Assembly: GCF_001194135.2 (NCBI RefSeq)
Contig: NC_068998.1
Coordinates: 254,117 to 311,776 of the forward strand
Origin: Octopus bimaculoides
Taxonomy: Eukaryota
DNA: 57,660 bases
Direction of reading: 5' to 3'
Shown: positions 28,395 through 41,091 of the stretch, in pieces
Layout: every line of letters begins with the position of its first letter
Numbering within the stretch: position 1 is the stretch's first letter
Notes under the pieces: model-generated
The model's input: only the letters and a program-made list of their open reading frames with translations
Told to the model about the DNA's origin: nothing
Databases searched by the model: none
Program-made: the position numbers and the translations under genes

Positions 28395-29300
28395 ACATTT
28401 GGAATCAATGTCCTTAAGACCAGGTCACAACCAGTTTCCTCTTAGATGTCAAGCACCTGTCCAACGATCTTTCCTGATCCTGAGAGAGCAGTCTTCTGAA
28501 TTCATGCAACTCTTGTAGTTACGCCAATCTCAATAATGAAACTGTCAAACCTGTTGGGGACAGTAATTAGGGCACCAATAACAACTATGATTGCTCTTGT
28601 AGAAACCTTCTGAAGTCTTCCCTATTTCCCCTTGCCCAATCCTGGTATTTTCCTGTTTCATTCCTGTTCTTTGACCTCTTCATCCACACATCACATCTAT
28701 GATGATGATGCACTCTTTTTTCCCCCTTTTCTTTTCCCATTTTCACTCGTAATGAAGGCATGTGATGACTTGAACTTGTTTCATGCTTTTAGGTTTTCCC
28801 TCTTTACTTATGTATATCCTTTCAGCACACAACAATGGTCAGGCAGTCCACAACTTTCTTGGCTGCCCTTTCCAAGATCCAATCTTCTGTCAACTTCTGC
28901 CATTCCATTCTTTTTATTGATGGGAACCTTTGTACCCTATTTGGACCAGTGAAGCTCACTCATCTGTTGGGCCAGCCTTTGGAGTACTAGTAACGGTCAA
29001 GGGTGATTCCAGGAGACTCTGTGTTTTCATTTGCCTTCAGACATGGCACCCAGTGTATCTCACCGAAAGTCACATTTGTATATTGTATCATTGCTTTTTC
29101 TGTCAAGCATCTCATCTAGGTCTGGTCTTTCCTGATGTTTCTTAAATACTTGCAGACCTTACTCTCTAATCTTAATTGTCCTTTTCACTCTGTTGGTGTT
29201 CTGTCTGTTTGGAATGCTTGTATCTCAGTTTCCCCTGGGGTATTTTATCCTCATCAGTTCCATAGTTTGCTTGATTTCCCTTCAGAGATGTGGTTTGGGT
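28395..29300 (-). mobile_element. Decayed R4/Dong-like (restriction-like endonuclease) LINE, 3' part
   Basis: Minus strand shows IVVIGALITVP...IQKTALSGSGKIVGQVLDI (cf. PVVIGALG..P...IQKTALLGTARILRKVL) and IRKDQT*MRC near the CCHC region. Confidence 0.7.
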
Positions 29301-30098
29301 TGCTGTGCTTGTCATTATTATTATTATTTGTTCTGATGGAATGCACACTTTTACATATTTTCACATATGTTGTGTACATTTACCAATGTGGTTCTTTTCA
29401 ATCAAATATCTTTCCCATTTCACCTTTTCAATGCATACCACTGCCATCATGTTTGAAAATATAATTCTAATATTTCGAACAAAACTGAAAATATGGCTCA
29501 GTATTTTTATGTTCCAATTTTATTTTATTTTAATGTAACCTCTGAAGATAAATATGTCGAATTTTGCAGTTGAAAACTGTTTGCTGTAATAATTCACAAT
29601 TTAATTATTCTGTGAAATATATTTACAAATAATGAAAAATAGCCAAGAAATATTGAATGCAAAAACAGAAAAAGTAAAATTATTCTTTTCTTTCTTTTCT
29701 AGACTTTTAGTTCTTTATCCCATCCACAACACGACCACCACCTGTAGTACTTTAGTTCTTATTCATTCTAATGAAATTATTAAACATTACAGCACACATC
29801 TCCTTCGAAGTAACAATGGTTTATTAACAAAATAGTGTTTCTTTGAAAGTCTTTTCCTGTTATAGCAAAATAAACCAACCAAAACAAAAAACCTGCCAAA
29901 TAAGTTGCTTAAACAAACATTTCTCCAATGTATTGGCTCCTGTTTACTTTTTTGCCCTTTCTTTAAAGTCTCTACATGACTTGGGACATGCCCAGATATG
30001 GTGTTAATGTAGTAGTAGTAGTAGTAAATCTATCAAAACAGTGTTGGCTATGTGTTCCATTTATTGTAAAATGGAATTTTATTTATTTTGAATAGTTT

Positions 30099-30240
30099 CT
30101 TTTATTTACCCCCTTTCCACACTCATTCCCATATCCTTTTATCTACCCCCCTTTCCACACTCATTCCCATATCCTTTTATTTACCTCCTTTCCACACTCA
30201 TTCCTCTATATCCTTTTATCTACCCTGTTTTTATACTCAC
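30099..30240. repeat. Tandem repeat of about 37 bp (ttttatttaccccctttccacactcattcccatatcc), about 3.7 copies
   Basis: Read directly from the sequence. Confidence 0.92.
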
Positions 30241-30603
30241 AGGATTTATTATTATTGCTGTGTCCACCTCTGAGTGAACACCTTCACACACCTCCAACAC
30301 TGTTTGGGCCAAGATCTGACTGTTTCAGTCAGGTAACCCATTTGTTGCTATAGCAACTATACTAATGTTCCAAAATGACTTCTCACTTGAATTTATATAA
30401 ATTTATTTGATAAAAGAAGAAAAAAATACCAAAGCTTCCCAGTGAATGACTTTGTTTGTTAACTGTTCACTTGAGTGACCACACCTCCTTCAGCCTAATC
30501 TATAAAACAGGGTCCCAGCTGTAGCACTTCAATATCTTTGACTCCCAATAAGGACATTTTGGTGAGGAATTATCTACATTATTAGATTATTAGATTAGAG
30601 TAG

Positions 30604-30636
<33 letters not shown>

Positions 30637-31828
30637 TTAGGGGAATGGGGTAGTAGGGAGAGTTGATTACATTAGCCCCAGTATCTGACTGGTACTTATT
30701 TAATTGAGTCTGAAAAAATGAAATGTAAAGTTGACCTTGGCAAGATTGGAACTCAGATAGTAAAGAGTCAGATGTGTTACTACGTAATGAGTCTGAAAGC
30801 TACCAAAATGTATGGGGTTGTGGGCTGGATGTAAATCAGTTTAATGAACCCCAGAGTATAACTGGTTGTTATTTTATCAATGTTAGCTGCTGTGTAATAT
30901 TATGACAAACTGAGATTTGAACACAGAATATACAGAGTTGAAACTACAAATTTTGTTCGCTAGTCCTCTTCAATTAAACTTTTAATTTTGCCACAAACTT
31001 TATAGGGGTCATTTCAATTCACTGGCCCTTATTTTAAGGGCATCAGAATTATGGAAAGTAATAACAACTCTGACAGGATTTGAACTCAGAATGTAAAGGG
31101 ATTGACTTAAATACCACAAGGTTACCGATTCTACCAATTATGCCTCTCCAAATGATGATCTTTGTGTAACATGGTTTTATTCTAATATTGCCGAAGGGTG
31201 AGTGGTTGACTCTGGTGTATACTAGTTTCGTTTTCTGGGGAGTGGACAGAAGTAGAGAGTCAACCCAGCAGGCACATAATATGTGATACTGAGAACACAA
31301 CCAGTGTTACACAAGTAAAACTTATTTTTAACAGTAAAACCAAACTAAATAGTGAAACTGTCTAAGCTGCGAAACGTAGAGTGGGTTAATATTAATTAAT
31401 CTGTTGGTGTATTTAGAATAATAATAAATAAATTACTCTCTAGTTAATAATAAAAAAAAAAGCAAAACAACAAAAAAGTATCATCTTCGAACGTTTTTTT
31501 TTTTAAATAGTAGTATAATTGATGCAATTAGAGAGAGGGAGAGAGAAAGATTTACGCTTCAACTTCAAACACCTTCAGTGTGAACTTTTTAAAGGGAAGT
31601 AACTAAGGTAGGTCTATTATGCTAATGGTCCCCCCAGAGTCATCCTCCTTTGTCAATGTGCCGAATGATTTAACGGAATTTTGTTGTGTGCTGTTGTTGT
31701 TTAATCAACCTTAATTAATTCAAATTAATAAATTGAAACGGGAAAATATTGAAGCTGACAATGAATTGTAAATAAATAATATATAGGTGTAGAAAACTAC
31801 TGAAATAATTTAAAACTGAATACACACG

Positions 31829-31861
<33 letters not shown>

Positions 31862-32239
31862 NNNNNNNNNNNNNNNNNNNNNNNNNNNNNNNNNNNNNNN
31901 NNNNNNNNNNNNNNNNNNNNNNNNNNNNNNNNNNNNNNNNNNNNNNNNNNNNNNNNNNNNNNNNNNNNNNNNNNNNNNNNNNNNNNNNNNNNNNNNNNNN
32001 NNNNNNNNNNNNNNNNNNNNNNNNNNNNNNNNNNNNNNNNNNNNNNNNNNNNNNNNNNNNNNNNNNNNNNNNNNNNNNNNNNNNNNNNNNNNNNNNNNNN
32101 NNNNNNNNNNNNNNNNNNNNNNNNNNNNNNNNNNNNNNNNNNNNNNNNNNNNNNNNNNNNNNNNNNNNNNNNNNNNNNNNNNNNNNNNNNNNNNNNNNNN
32201 NNNNNNNNNNNNNNNNNNNNNNNNNNNNNNNNNNNNNNN
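31862..32239. other. Assembly gap (N run)
   Basis: N run next to (CA)n. Other gaps: 5122-5181, 10284-10342, 19025-19180, 22337-22346, 39187-39573, 39805-39814, 45309-45454, 46928-46937, 48893-48902, 49317-49441. Confidence 1.
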
Positions 32240-32284
32240 AAAACTTAAGCCTTGTGGTAACCTATCTCTTGGATGGATTTTGTA

Positions 32285-32580
32285 ATAATTATTTATTATT
32301 TATGGCCAGTTTCCAATCCGGACTGCAGCAATATATTCCACCCGCCACACTTTCCAGTCCGTCATCACTGCCCCAGTGTCTGCAATCAAGCCGTCGACCC
32401 GTGGCACCATTTTCCTCTCCTTGCCATGAAGTGGGTTCCACCAGATTAATTTGGATGCTTCCAGCTCAGAATGGTGCATGCAGTGACCAGATACTCGCAA
32501 CTGTCTTTGCCTGATCTTCTCACTAACTTTTGGCAGGTCTCCATAAAGGCATTCATTTGTTTCCCTGAGTCTCATTTAGA
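32285..32580 (-). mobile_element. RTE/RTE-X LINE 3' fragment
   Basis: ORF-track peptide TNECLYGDLPKVSEKIRQRQLRVSGHCMHHSELEASKLIWWNPLHGK is the typical RTE-X C-terminus; an AAT-rich tail follows. Confidence 0.85.
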
Positions 32581-32698
32581 ATTACATTAAAGATTCTAGT
32601 GTCTGTGAAATACTTGTGCCACAGCCATAAAGCGTCAGCAGTTTTGTTGATTGAACAACAGCAGTGAAATGGATCTTTGAAGTTGATGGACATCCATT

Positions 32699-32737
<39 letters not shown>

Positions 32738-33162
32738 ATGCAATTTATATGAAACATAAAAATACATACATCTGTCTACACACACACACACAAACACACA
32801 AATATACATATGCACATACACATGTATAAATACTGTTGCTATTATCATTCCACATCCATCTTGCATAGAAGGACCCATCTTGTAGTTGCAGCGAAATAAC
32901 CATTCAAAACCTGCCTCTGCCTCATTACCGATTCTGTTGATTTACTCAGATACAATTAAAAAGAATCACAGATTCATTCAGAAATACTATAACGAGTGTG
33001 AATGTGGATGTGGATGTGTGTCTGTTTCAGAATGAATCTTTTTTGAGTGTGTGTGTGGGGGGGAGGGGGTGATGAGAGTGTGTAGGTACGTGCATTTATG
33101 AGAGTATGTGTTGTATGTGGCTGTGTGTATGTGTGTGTGTGTGTATGTGGGTGGGTGCATGA

Positions 33163-33209
<47 letters not shown>

Positions 33210-34397
33210 CAATGTTAAGAACTGTTGCTGTTGGTTAGTTCCAGCCATGATGTAGCTGATCTGTCATTAAAGACTTTCCAGTTGTGACCATCCTGTCTTT
33301 TATCCAGACATGTTATATGCAGGATTACATTATTTAGGCTACAGTTCTTTTATTTAAGGTTCTATGATATGCATTGAGGGAGATTTGCTTATTATGTCTA
33401 GCTTGTCAGATGTCTGTCCTTCCTTGCTGGATGTTATTAAGAACTTATTATTGATGAGGCTCAACAATAATTGTTTTGATAAACTCTAGAAAGATTTAGA
33501 ATCGATGCTTAAATAATTAAATAATTAAATAATTAAATAATGTTGATGTATGAGAGAATGTTTCTTAGTCTTTCCTTGTTGGAATGTTGGATTCTTTAAT
33601 AAACTAGAAACTGTGAATGAATGGTTTTTTATAAGATATAAAAAATTAATTAATGTGAATGCTTATCACCAACATGGAAATGGTTGGAAGAATAATGCCA
33701 AAACCATAGAAGAAATAACCAGAAACTCTAGGCTGTATCTTTGGGAATATCAGTGATACAGAAACCATATCTTTATTTCATAAAATAATATTTAGTTAAG
33801 TGTTTTAACCTTTCAGCACACCCTGGGTGACACTAAACAAATATTAGAGGCACACTGAAAATTATTTTTAGTCATTTTTGTTGGCCTGCATCGTTTTAAT
33901 ATTAAAAGTATGTGTGTGTGTGTGCTTTCTAAATTTCCGTGTATTGATGTAAATGTGTTGTTAATGGAAAGCCTGTTAACTCAGTGCTAACTGGGCTGCC
34001 TGGTATTATATATTTTAGTGTGATGTCTTGCAGCGTTTATTGTTTTCCATACTTTTATAACTTGACATCGTTTTTATAATCTTGTGTTGAGCTACTCTAA
34101 ATAGCATTTGAAAGAATGAGAGAATTCTAGAGAAGAAAATATATTTAACCTTGCTCCATAATAATTAACTGCCCTATTAAAAATATATATATATTCAAGA
34201 AAAGAGTATTTATCTAACCTTGTTCCAGAATTGTTATCTATTGACAATATTTAGATGTGTGTTTTTATTCCCGTGAATGTTTAAAACATTTCAACAGCCA
34301 CAAGATGAATGGCAAAAATAATTTCAATTTTAGACATTTTTCTTTTTTGTTGATGATACAAATATTACCTCAGACAGATTGGAGAAGCAAGCACACG

Positions 34398-34448
<51 letters not shown>

Positions 34449-37400
34449 CTATGAATGGATGGACAGACAAACAGTTTTTGAGAGTTCTACAATTGGAATC
34501 AAACTCATGAAGACTGGGCATTAATTGCAGTTCCATTATCAGTTGCATCCATCTCACAGTGTTTCTGCCTGTGACACATGTCAAGTCTATAGAAGTGATC
34601 ATCCATTGATGTCTGATGAAGTAATTAACCGTTCATTATCTGAGTTAATTACCTCACAACATACAGCATGTCTTTAGGTCTTTCTTTTTTTTTTTTCCAC
34701 CATTTTCCAAAGAACTCATCCTGGCATTGCTATTTGAAACATGATTGTTCACGCCACCAGCCAAGAGATACATTCTCCATCAATTTGATTCAATAAAACT
34801 AGTTTGTATTTTACTGTATATTTTAATTTCATAGATAAATAACTGCGTGTAAGAAATAAACTTCAATAAATAAATGTTGAATCTATTTTCTCTGTTTTAA
34901 TAAGAATATTGTGAACAGATTGAAAGGTTATTAGCTTTAGGTTAGAAGCAGTTGGACAGATCTATGATCAGAAGCCTTCCATTTCTGACCATCTTGTTTT
35001 GTTTTTATTTAAATGGTGTATCCTATATTTCTAAAGGCAGTAAGACATGATTTGAAGATGTCCTAGCTGCTGTTTTGTGCATTTTGAGTGACCACACATT
35101 CATAAAAAATTAAATATTGTTGTTTAACCCCAGGTCAATTCTGAACTGGCTTGTGATCAAAGGCTTTTCATAGCCATGATCTCATTTTTTGTTCTTGAGG
35201 GTATGTAAGAGATATGTTATTATATATGTCCTTCTTAAGATGTCATTTGAGGGATATTTAACTGCTATATTTAGCATATAGAGCAGTCATATAGGGGCTC
35301 CCTGATTGACTTCATTTAAGACCTGACAGAAGAACTGGTGTGAGTTAAACATTATAACAGTGATAGAGTTGATAGGAATCAATCAAACATAATGTAATTA
35401 AAACCGTTGCTAATTAAAACCAGAGCTGATTAAACCAAAAATGTCAACCTATCAGGAGAAGAGTGTAATGTTTGTATTCTGTACCGAAACCACAAGGAGC
35501 CTTTAGCTGCTAGAAATAACTGCAAAATTGCCCTCAAAGAATGCAAGTCTATCTTGTATAAAGACACATGGATAAGGTTATTCAAAAAGATTGAATGATT
35601 AAAGCTATGATTATGAGAATATAATCCTATACTGAGGATCCTGGCTGGTTGGGATTTGGTTGTTCAACCATGTCGAAGAACGACGATTATGATGATGATG
35701 ATGGTGGTGGTGGTGGCGTTGTTCCCTCAGGGCTGACTAAGAGCAACAGCATCTAAGTATCCAGTGGATGCCAACACTTCATCTATAGCTAACCCCTGTA
35801 GAAAAATGCTTCCAGATAATTTATACAGAAAAAAATATGGAAGCCTTGTCCAGCGATAAAATACATATTAATTCCATGTTTTTGTGGGAATATAAACTTT
35901 CAATCAATAAGTTTCTTTTAGTGTATATTGCATAACCTTTAAGACTACCATCAACTCTCTGTTATAAAATATAAAAGCATTGTGTGAAGCATTTTATCAT
36001 TTAAGACTAAAAAATTTGCATCAGTTTTGAACAAAAGTATTTGTTTTATGCACCACTTGATGTATTTTGTGCATTAGCTGCATTATGTGTGAATACTATG
36101 ATGTGCATTTTAGGCGGTAGAAGATGAAGTAAGGAACAGTAGAGTTAAGGGACACCATTACTGTTTATGTGGGAATATGGTGGAGTAAAAGCTGGAGAGT
36201 GAAATAATCAGCAATGGTGGGGTAGTATTGTTTTTTTTGAGTTGGAAATCTTGCCAATTGTTGTTGATGCAGAAAAATGGACAGCTGAAGGATAATGTGT
36301 CTAAAATCAAGGTGAGCTGTTTAAGTTCTGCTTTGATGTGTAAATGTCTAATGGAGTGTGTTTGTGTATTTTGATCTGTTTTATTTAGTTTGCATATATG
36401 TTTATTTTGAATTCCCATAAAATTAAATGGTAACTTAGTTTTATGCAAATTTTATGTACATTAATTTGCATATAAATGTATTTAATACCAAGATCCCAGA
36501 GCAGTGAGTTGGTAGAAATGTTGGTAAATATCTCTTAGTATTTACTCTCATCCTTCTTCATTCTGGGTTCAAATCTAGTTGACACTGACTTTTAAAACTA
36601 CTGGAGTGAACTTTATTAATTATACCCCCCTCTTCTATAATTGAACCCTAAGCCTCTTCAAATGAATTTCCACTCTCCCTTCCCCCACTCCATATTTAGA
36701 ATAACAAAGTTAGAAAGCAATTTAAATGTTTCAACTTTGTGTTGGAAATACCAGATTTATTGAGTTGCTGCGGCTAAAAACTAACCAAAGAAATGAACCA
36801 CTAAAACATTCTTTGTTCTCCAAATAAAAGACTTTCAAAATCAGACATTATCATCAGTTGAAATGTAAATTTAATTGGAAGAACCTACTTTCTTATTTCT
36901 TCTTCTTTCTCCTTGTCTTTTTCTCTTTCTCCGTTTCCTTTTTTTCATCTACTCTACCTCTCCCTGTTTTTCCCTCTCTCTCTCATATTTTCTTACTGAA
37001 TCTACTAAACATTTCCTGTCTATATTTCTTCTCTTTCTCTACAAAATCATGCCAACTTCTGGCTGGTACCTTACTATGTTGGTGAGCTCATGAATGGTTA
37101 ACTCTGTATTATTAACCCTTTTACTATCAAAATGGTTTATTCTAAACTGTCTGTTTTAATGTTCTGTTTAATATTAACCAATGTTGTCCAGTGTAGGATC
37201 CACATGTGGAATGCATGGATCAATATGGAGTCCACATGTCTCATTGCAGCCCAAGCATTAGTTTATCGCTCAGGAAAAGACATAGGAATGAAAATCTGTT
37301 GGTCTGTATTAATGCATTTATATATGTATGTGTGTGTGTATCCACACACACACACACACACACACACACTAATACAGAAATGTAAACCCATTTTGCCATT

Positions 37401-37831
37401 TACTTAGATACACAAATTCTTGTCTTTTAGCAGAAAGTAGTTTTTATATACAATGAATAGATTATTTCAATTAATGGAATCACCCCCACCCCACAAGATA
37501 ATTCTTTCAGTGCTGTCTTTGATTTTTCTGCCTTGTCTACCTTCTTTCTAAGAAAACTCCCACAATTCCATACTTGATAGTCTTGGTTCCAGTATTCCAC
37601 ACTCTGTGTTCACCTTTACTGTGACATCCTTGGGATATTCTTGTCAAAGAGGATTTGGGAAACATTTTTATATTTTCTGTTTTTGTGTGTTTTTTTATTG
37701 CATTAAAACTCTAAAAGGGAAAAATTCTTTTTAATGTTTTAACTTGGCCTTTTTCCTCATTTTATTATTGAAAGCATTTTATATATTGCAGTAAGGTTCC
37801 ATTTGAACCAAAATAGACAGATTATACACAC

Positions 37832-37832
<1 letters not shown>

Positions 37833-37887
<55 letters not shown>

Positions 37888-37897
37888 GATGATGATG

Positions 37898-37929
<32 letters not shown>

Positions 37930-37930
37930 C
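37833..37930. repeat. (AAT)n microsatellite with a GAT interruption
   Basis: Read directly from the sequence. Confidence 0.97.
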
Positions 37931-38962
37931 CAAATGGTGATGGTTTCATGAGTTTCTTCTACAGCTCTTGCATTCATAGATTCTTGTTATGAACCAAAAT
38001 CATGCAATTTTTATGAAGACTTTATCAATATGTGGAAATATTTTCAAATTTTTTTTATTCATTTTCTACTTTTTTACACTGATTTGCCTCCCTTGTATGC
38101 GTGATATGATTTTGTTAGAATTTGGTTATTCATCTACCTGTTATTGGAACAATTGTTGGGTACCCATCCTTCCACTAATTATTGAAGTATTGAGTTTGGA
38201 ACAATTTTTTGTCCCATTTCTACTCATTCAACTATGGTGTAATAATGGAACATATCTACCAGTCAGGCCGACTGAGGCAGGCAGAGTTATGCCCTTTGTC
38301 TAGTGACCTAGCAATGATTGCAGTAAAGTTTGAACTTGATTAATCCAACATCGAAACTTCACAACACTTCATAGTTTCTTCGAATTATGAATATTTGAAG
38401 CTAAAGTGATGATTGTAAATATGTTTAGGAAAAAGTATCTTTCTAAAACCGGGGATGTTTTTGATATTCACTTTGTGTCAGAGGCTGGGTCCCTTTTGTT
38501 TTGGGGGTAACAATCAGTAACTTAAATTGAACAGAAATTTCAAAAAGCTGAAATATTCTACATAATTCGTGTTATGTTTAGAGTTCTGCATTGCTTGTTC
38601 TACAAAACCTAAAAAAATATCTAATGGCTATGGAAGCATTTCTAAGTTTTAATCAGGTACCATTTCATTAGATTTCATTACTTGTGGAACATCTAAAACA
38701 AAAGTAAAAGAATCAAACAATGTTGGTAGGATTAGTAAGTTTTTAATGACCTTATTAGCAAATGTGGTTGTTCATTGGAATTGTTAATGTAATAAAGCAG
38801 AAGAACATTCCAGTTCTTCACTTGAAAATAGATTCTCTATTTGCTGCTGTACATGGATAGAATCGATAGGAAGTGTAATATGAAGGATTTATAAAAGGCA
38901 AGCTGCGTGCACACCCACACACACATGTCTATTTAAATGCTTTATGCACACATATATTTAGC

Positions 38963-39004
<42 letters not shown>

Positions 39005-39573
39005 TATATATAATTTTTAATATATATATATAATATAATTTTTAATTTCACTTCCTGTGTAAACCTCCCACTTCACAAATATACAATTATTTAATGCATT
39101 TTTGGGTTTGACTTATAGATTTTTAAAAAATATCTTTGAAATTTCAAACAAAAAACAAACCCAAAACCATTTTATATTCGATCCATNNNNNNNNNNNNNN
39201 NNNNNNNNNNNNNNNNNNNNNNNNNNNNNNNNNNNNNNNNNNNNNNNNNNNNNNNNNNNNNNNNNNNNNNNNNNNNNNNNNNNNNNNNNNNNNNNNNNNN
39301 NNNNNNNNNNNNNNNNNNNNNNNNNNNNNNNNNNNNNNNNNNNNNNNNNNNNNNNNNNNNNNNNNNNNNNNNNNNNNNNNNNNNNNNNNNNNNNNNNNNN
39401 NNNNNNNNNNNNNNNNNNNNNNNNNNNNNNNNNNNNNNNNNNNNNNNNNNNNNNNNNNNNNNNNNNNNNNNNNNNNNNNNNNNNNNNNNNNNNNNNNNNN
39501 NNNNNNNNNNNNNNNNNNNNNNNNNNNNNNNNNNNNNNNNNNNNNNNNNNNNNNNNNNNNNNNNNNNNNNNNN

Positions 39574-39632
<59 letters not shown>

Positions 39633-40189
39633 GTATGTGTAAGTAGTAGTAGTAGTAGTAGTAAGTGAAAAGCAAAAGAAAGAAAGAGAGAGAGAAAGGA
39701 AGAGAGACAGAATTCCTTTGTTGCTGATAAAACAACTTGTAGCTAATGGTAGCTAATGGTAAACACCAGCGCCATCTATGAACATATCTACCCCCCCCCC
39801 CTCTNNNNNNNNNNCCAGCGCCATCTATGAACATATCTACCCCCCCCCCCCCTCTATCCATTACATTATTTATTGCCGTAATTTGTCCTGAGTGTATTGG
39901 AAAGGTTGCATCATTGTTTTAAAATGTCACAATATTTGATGTGGTGTTAATGTATGGAGTAGTTGTAGTAGTAGTAGTAGTAGTAGTAGCAGCAGCATAG
40001 AGTGTAAGGGTGGAGGTGGTCACCGACTCCGCTTCTTGGTTCTTTGGATTGCATGGTAGGTACAATGGTACCATCTATAAGCTGAGGTACTGTTTATAAA
40101 CTGTATGCTCGGTATTAGGGTACCATTGATAAACTGTTCAAAACCTTATTGAACAAGTAGCCAAGCACTGTTGTTGTTGTTGTTGCTAA

Positions 40190-40400
40190 ACCCCTGACCT
40201 CCTTTTGTCAATGTAACAGTATGCTGTTATTCTTGAGTTCAAATTCCACTGAGGTCAACTTTGCCTTTCATCCTTTTGGGGTCAATAAAATAAGTACCAG
40301 TCAAGTATTGGGGTCAATGTAATTGGCTAATGCTCTCCCACAACAAAATTTCAGGCCTTGTGCTGCCTATAATAAAAAGGATTCTTCTTCTTCTTCTTCA
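40190..40400 (+). mobile_element. SINE family B copy
   Basis: tcttgagttcaaattccactgaggtcaactttgcctttcatccttttggggtcaataaaataagtaccagt...aatttcaggccttgtg...aaggattcttcttc. Confidence 0.85.
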
Positions 40401-41057
40401 ATATGCATCTTTGTTATGATCACTTGCTGATGCACATCCAGCATCCTAGGGCAAGGGAAGGGTAAGGGATATTACATTATGACTGAAGGCTTGGAAAGTT
40501 AAGCAGTTGTGGTCGATGAAAAAGGTGGTAGTAGTAGTAGTATCAATAATTGTCAGAGCCCTGGGAACAGTGATGTCATTTGAGAGATATTTAACCGTTA
40601 TATTTAGCAATTTGGTGTCCTTTTATTTGGTGTCTACTTATTTTATTGTCAGATTATAATTCTATTCACAATTCATAATTATAACATTAGAGATTAACTG
40701 TTTGGATTTTTAAAGATTTACAATTAGATTCCCTGAAGTTTCTTACAAACCAGTAGCATGTATACATGTAGTACAACTTATGCAAATCTAAACATCCAAG
40801 TGTGTCTATATATATAATTACATAACCAAACACATTTGTACTAAACAAAGGTTTATGTTCAGCTTTAATCTAACACAATAACAATGGTTTTGTTTGTTTT
40901 TCTACTGGAGAATCGACAAATTATCCTTCCTGTATTTTGATAATTATTATTTCTCTAATTATCCTCTATTAACTGCAATATAGAGCTTTTATTGTAATCT
41001 TACAAATAGTAAATTGTAAAACTAAATAAGATTTAACACAGTTCACATGCATTGACC

Positions 41058-41091
<34 letters not shown>

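Noticed and set aside
22229-30240. Periodic repeats considered as CRISPR-like arrays
   Set aside because: Head-to-tail tandem units without unique spacers, eukaryotic context and no cas genes.
39102-39861. Long ORFs (160-229 aa) in the ORF track, and the many HT/CV/YI/poly-L/S/D ORFs elsewhere
   Set aside because: Artefacts of N gaps and microsatellites.
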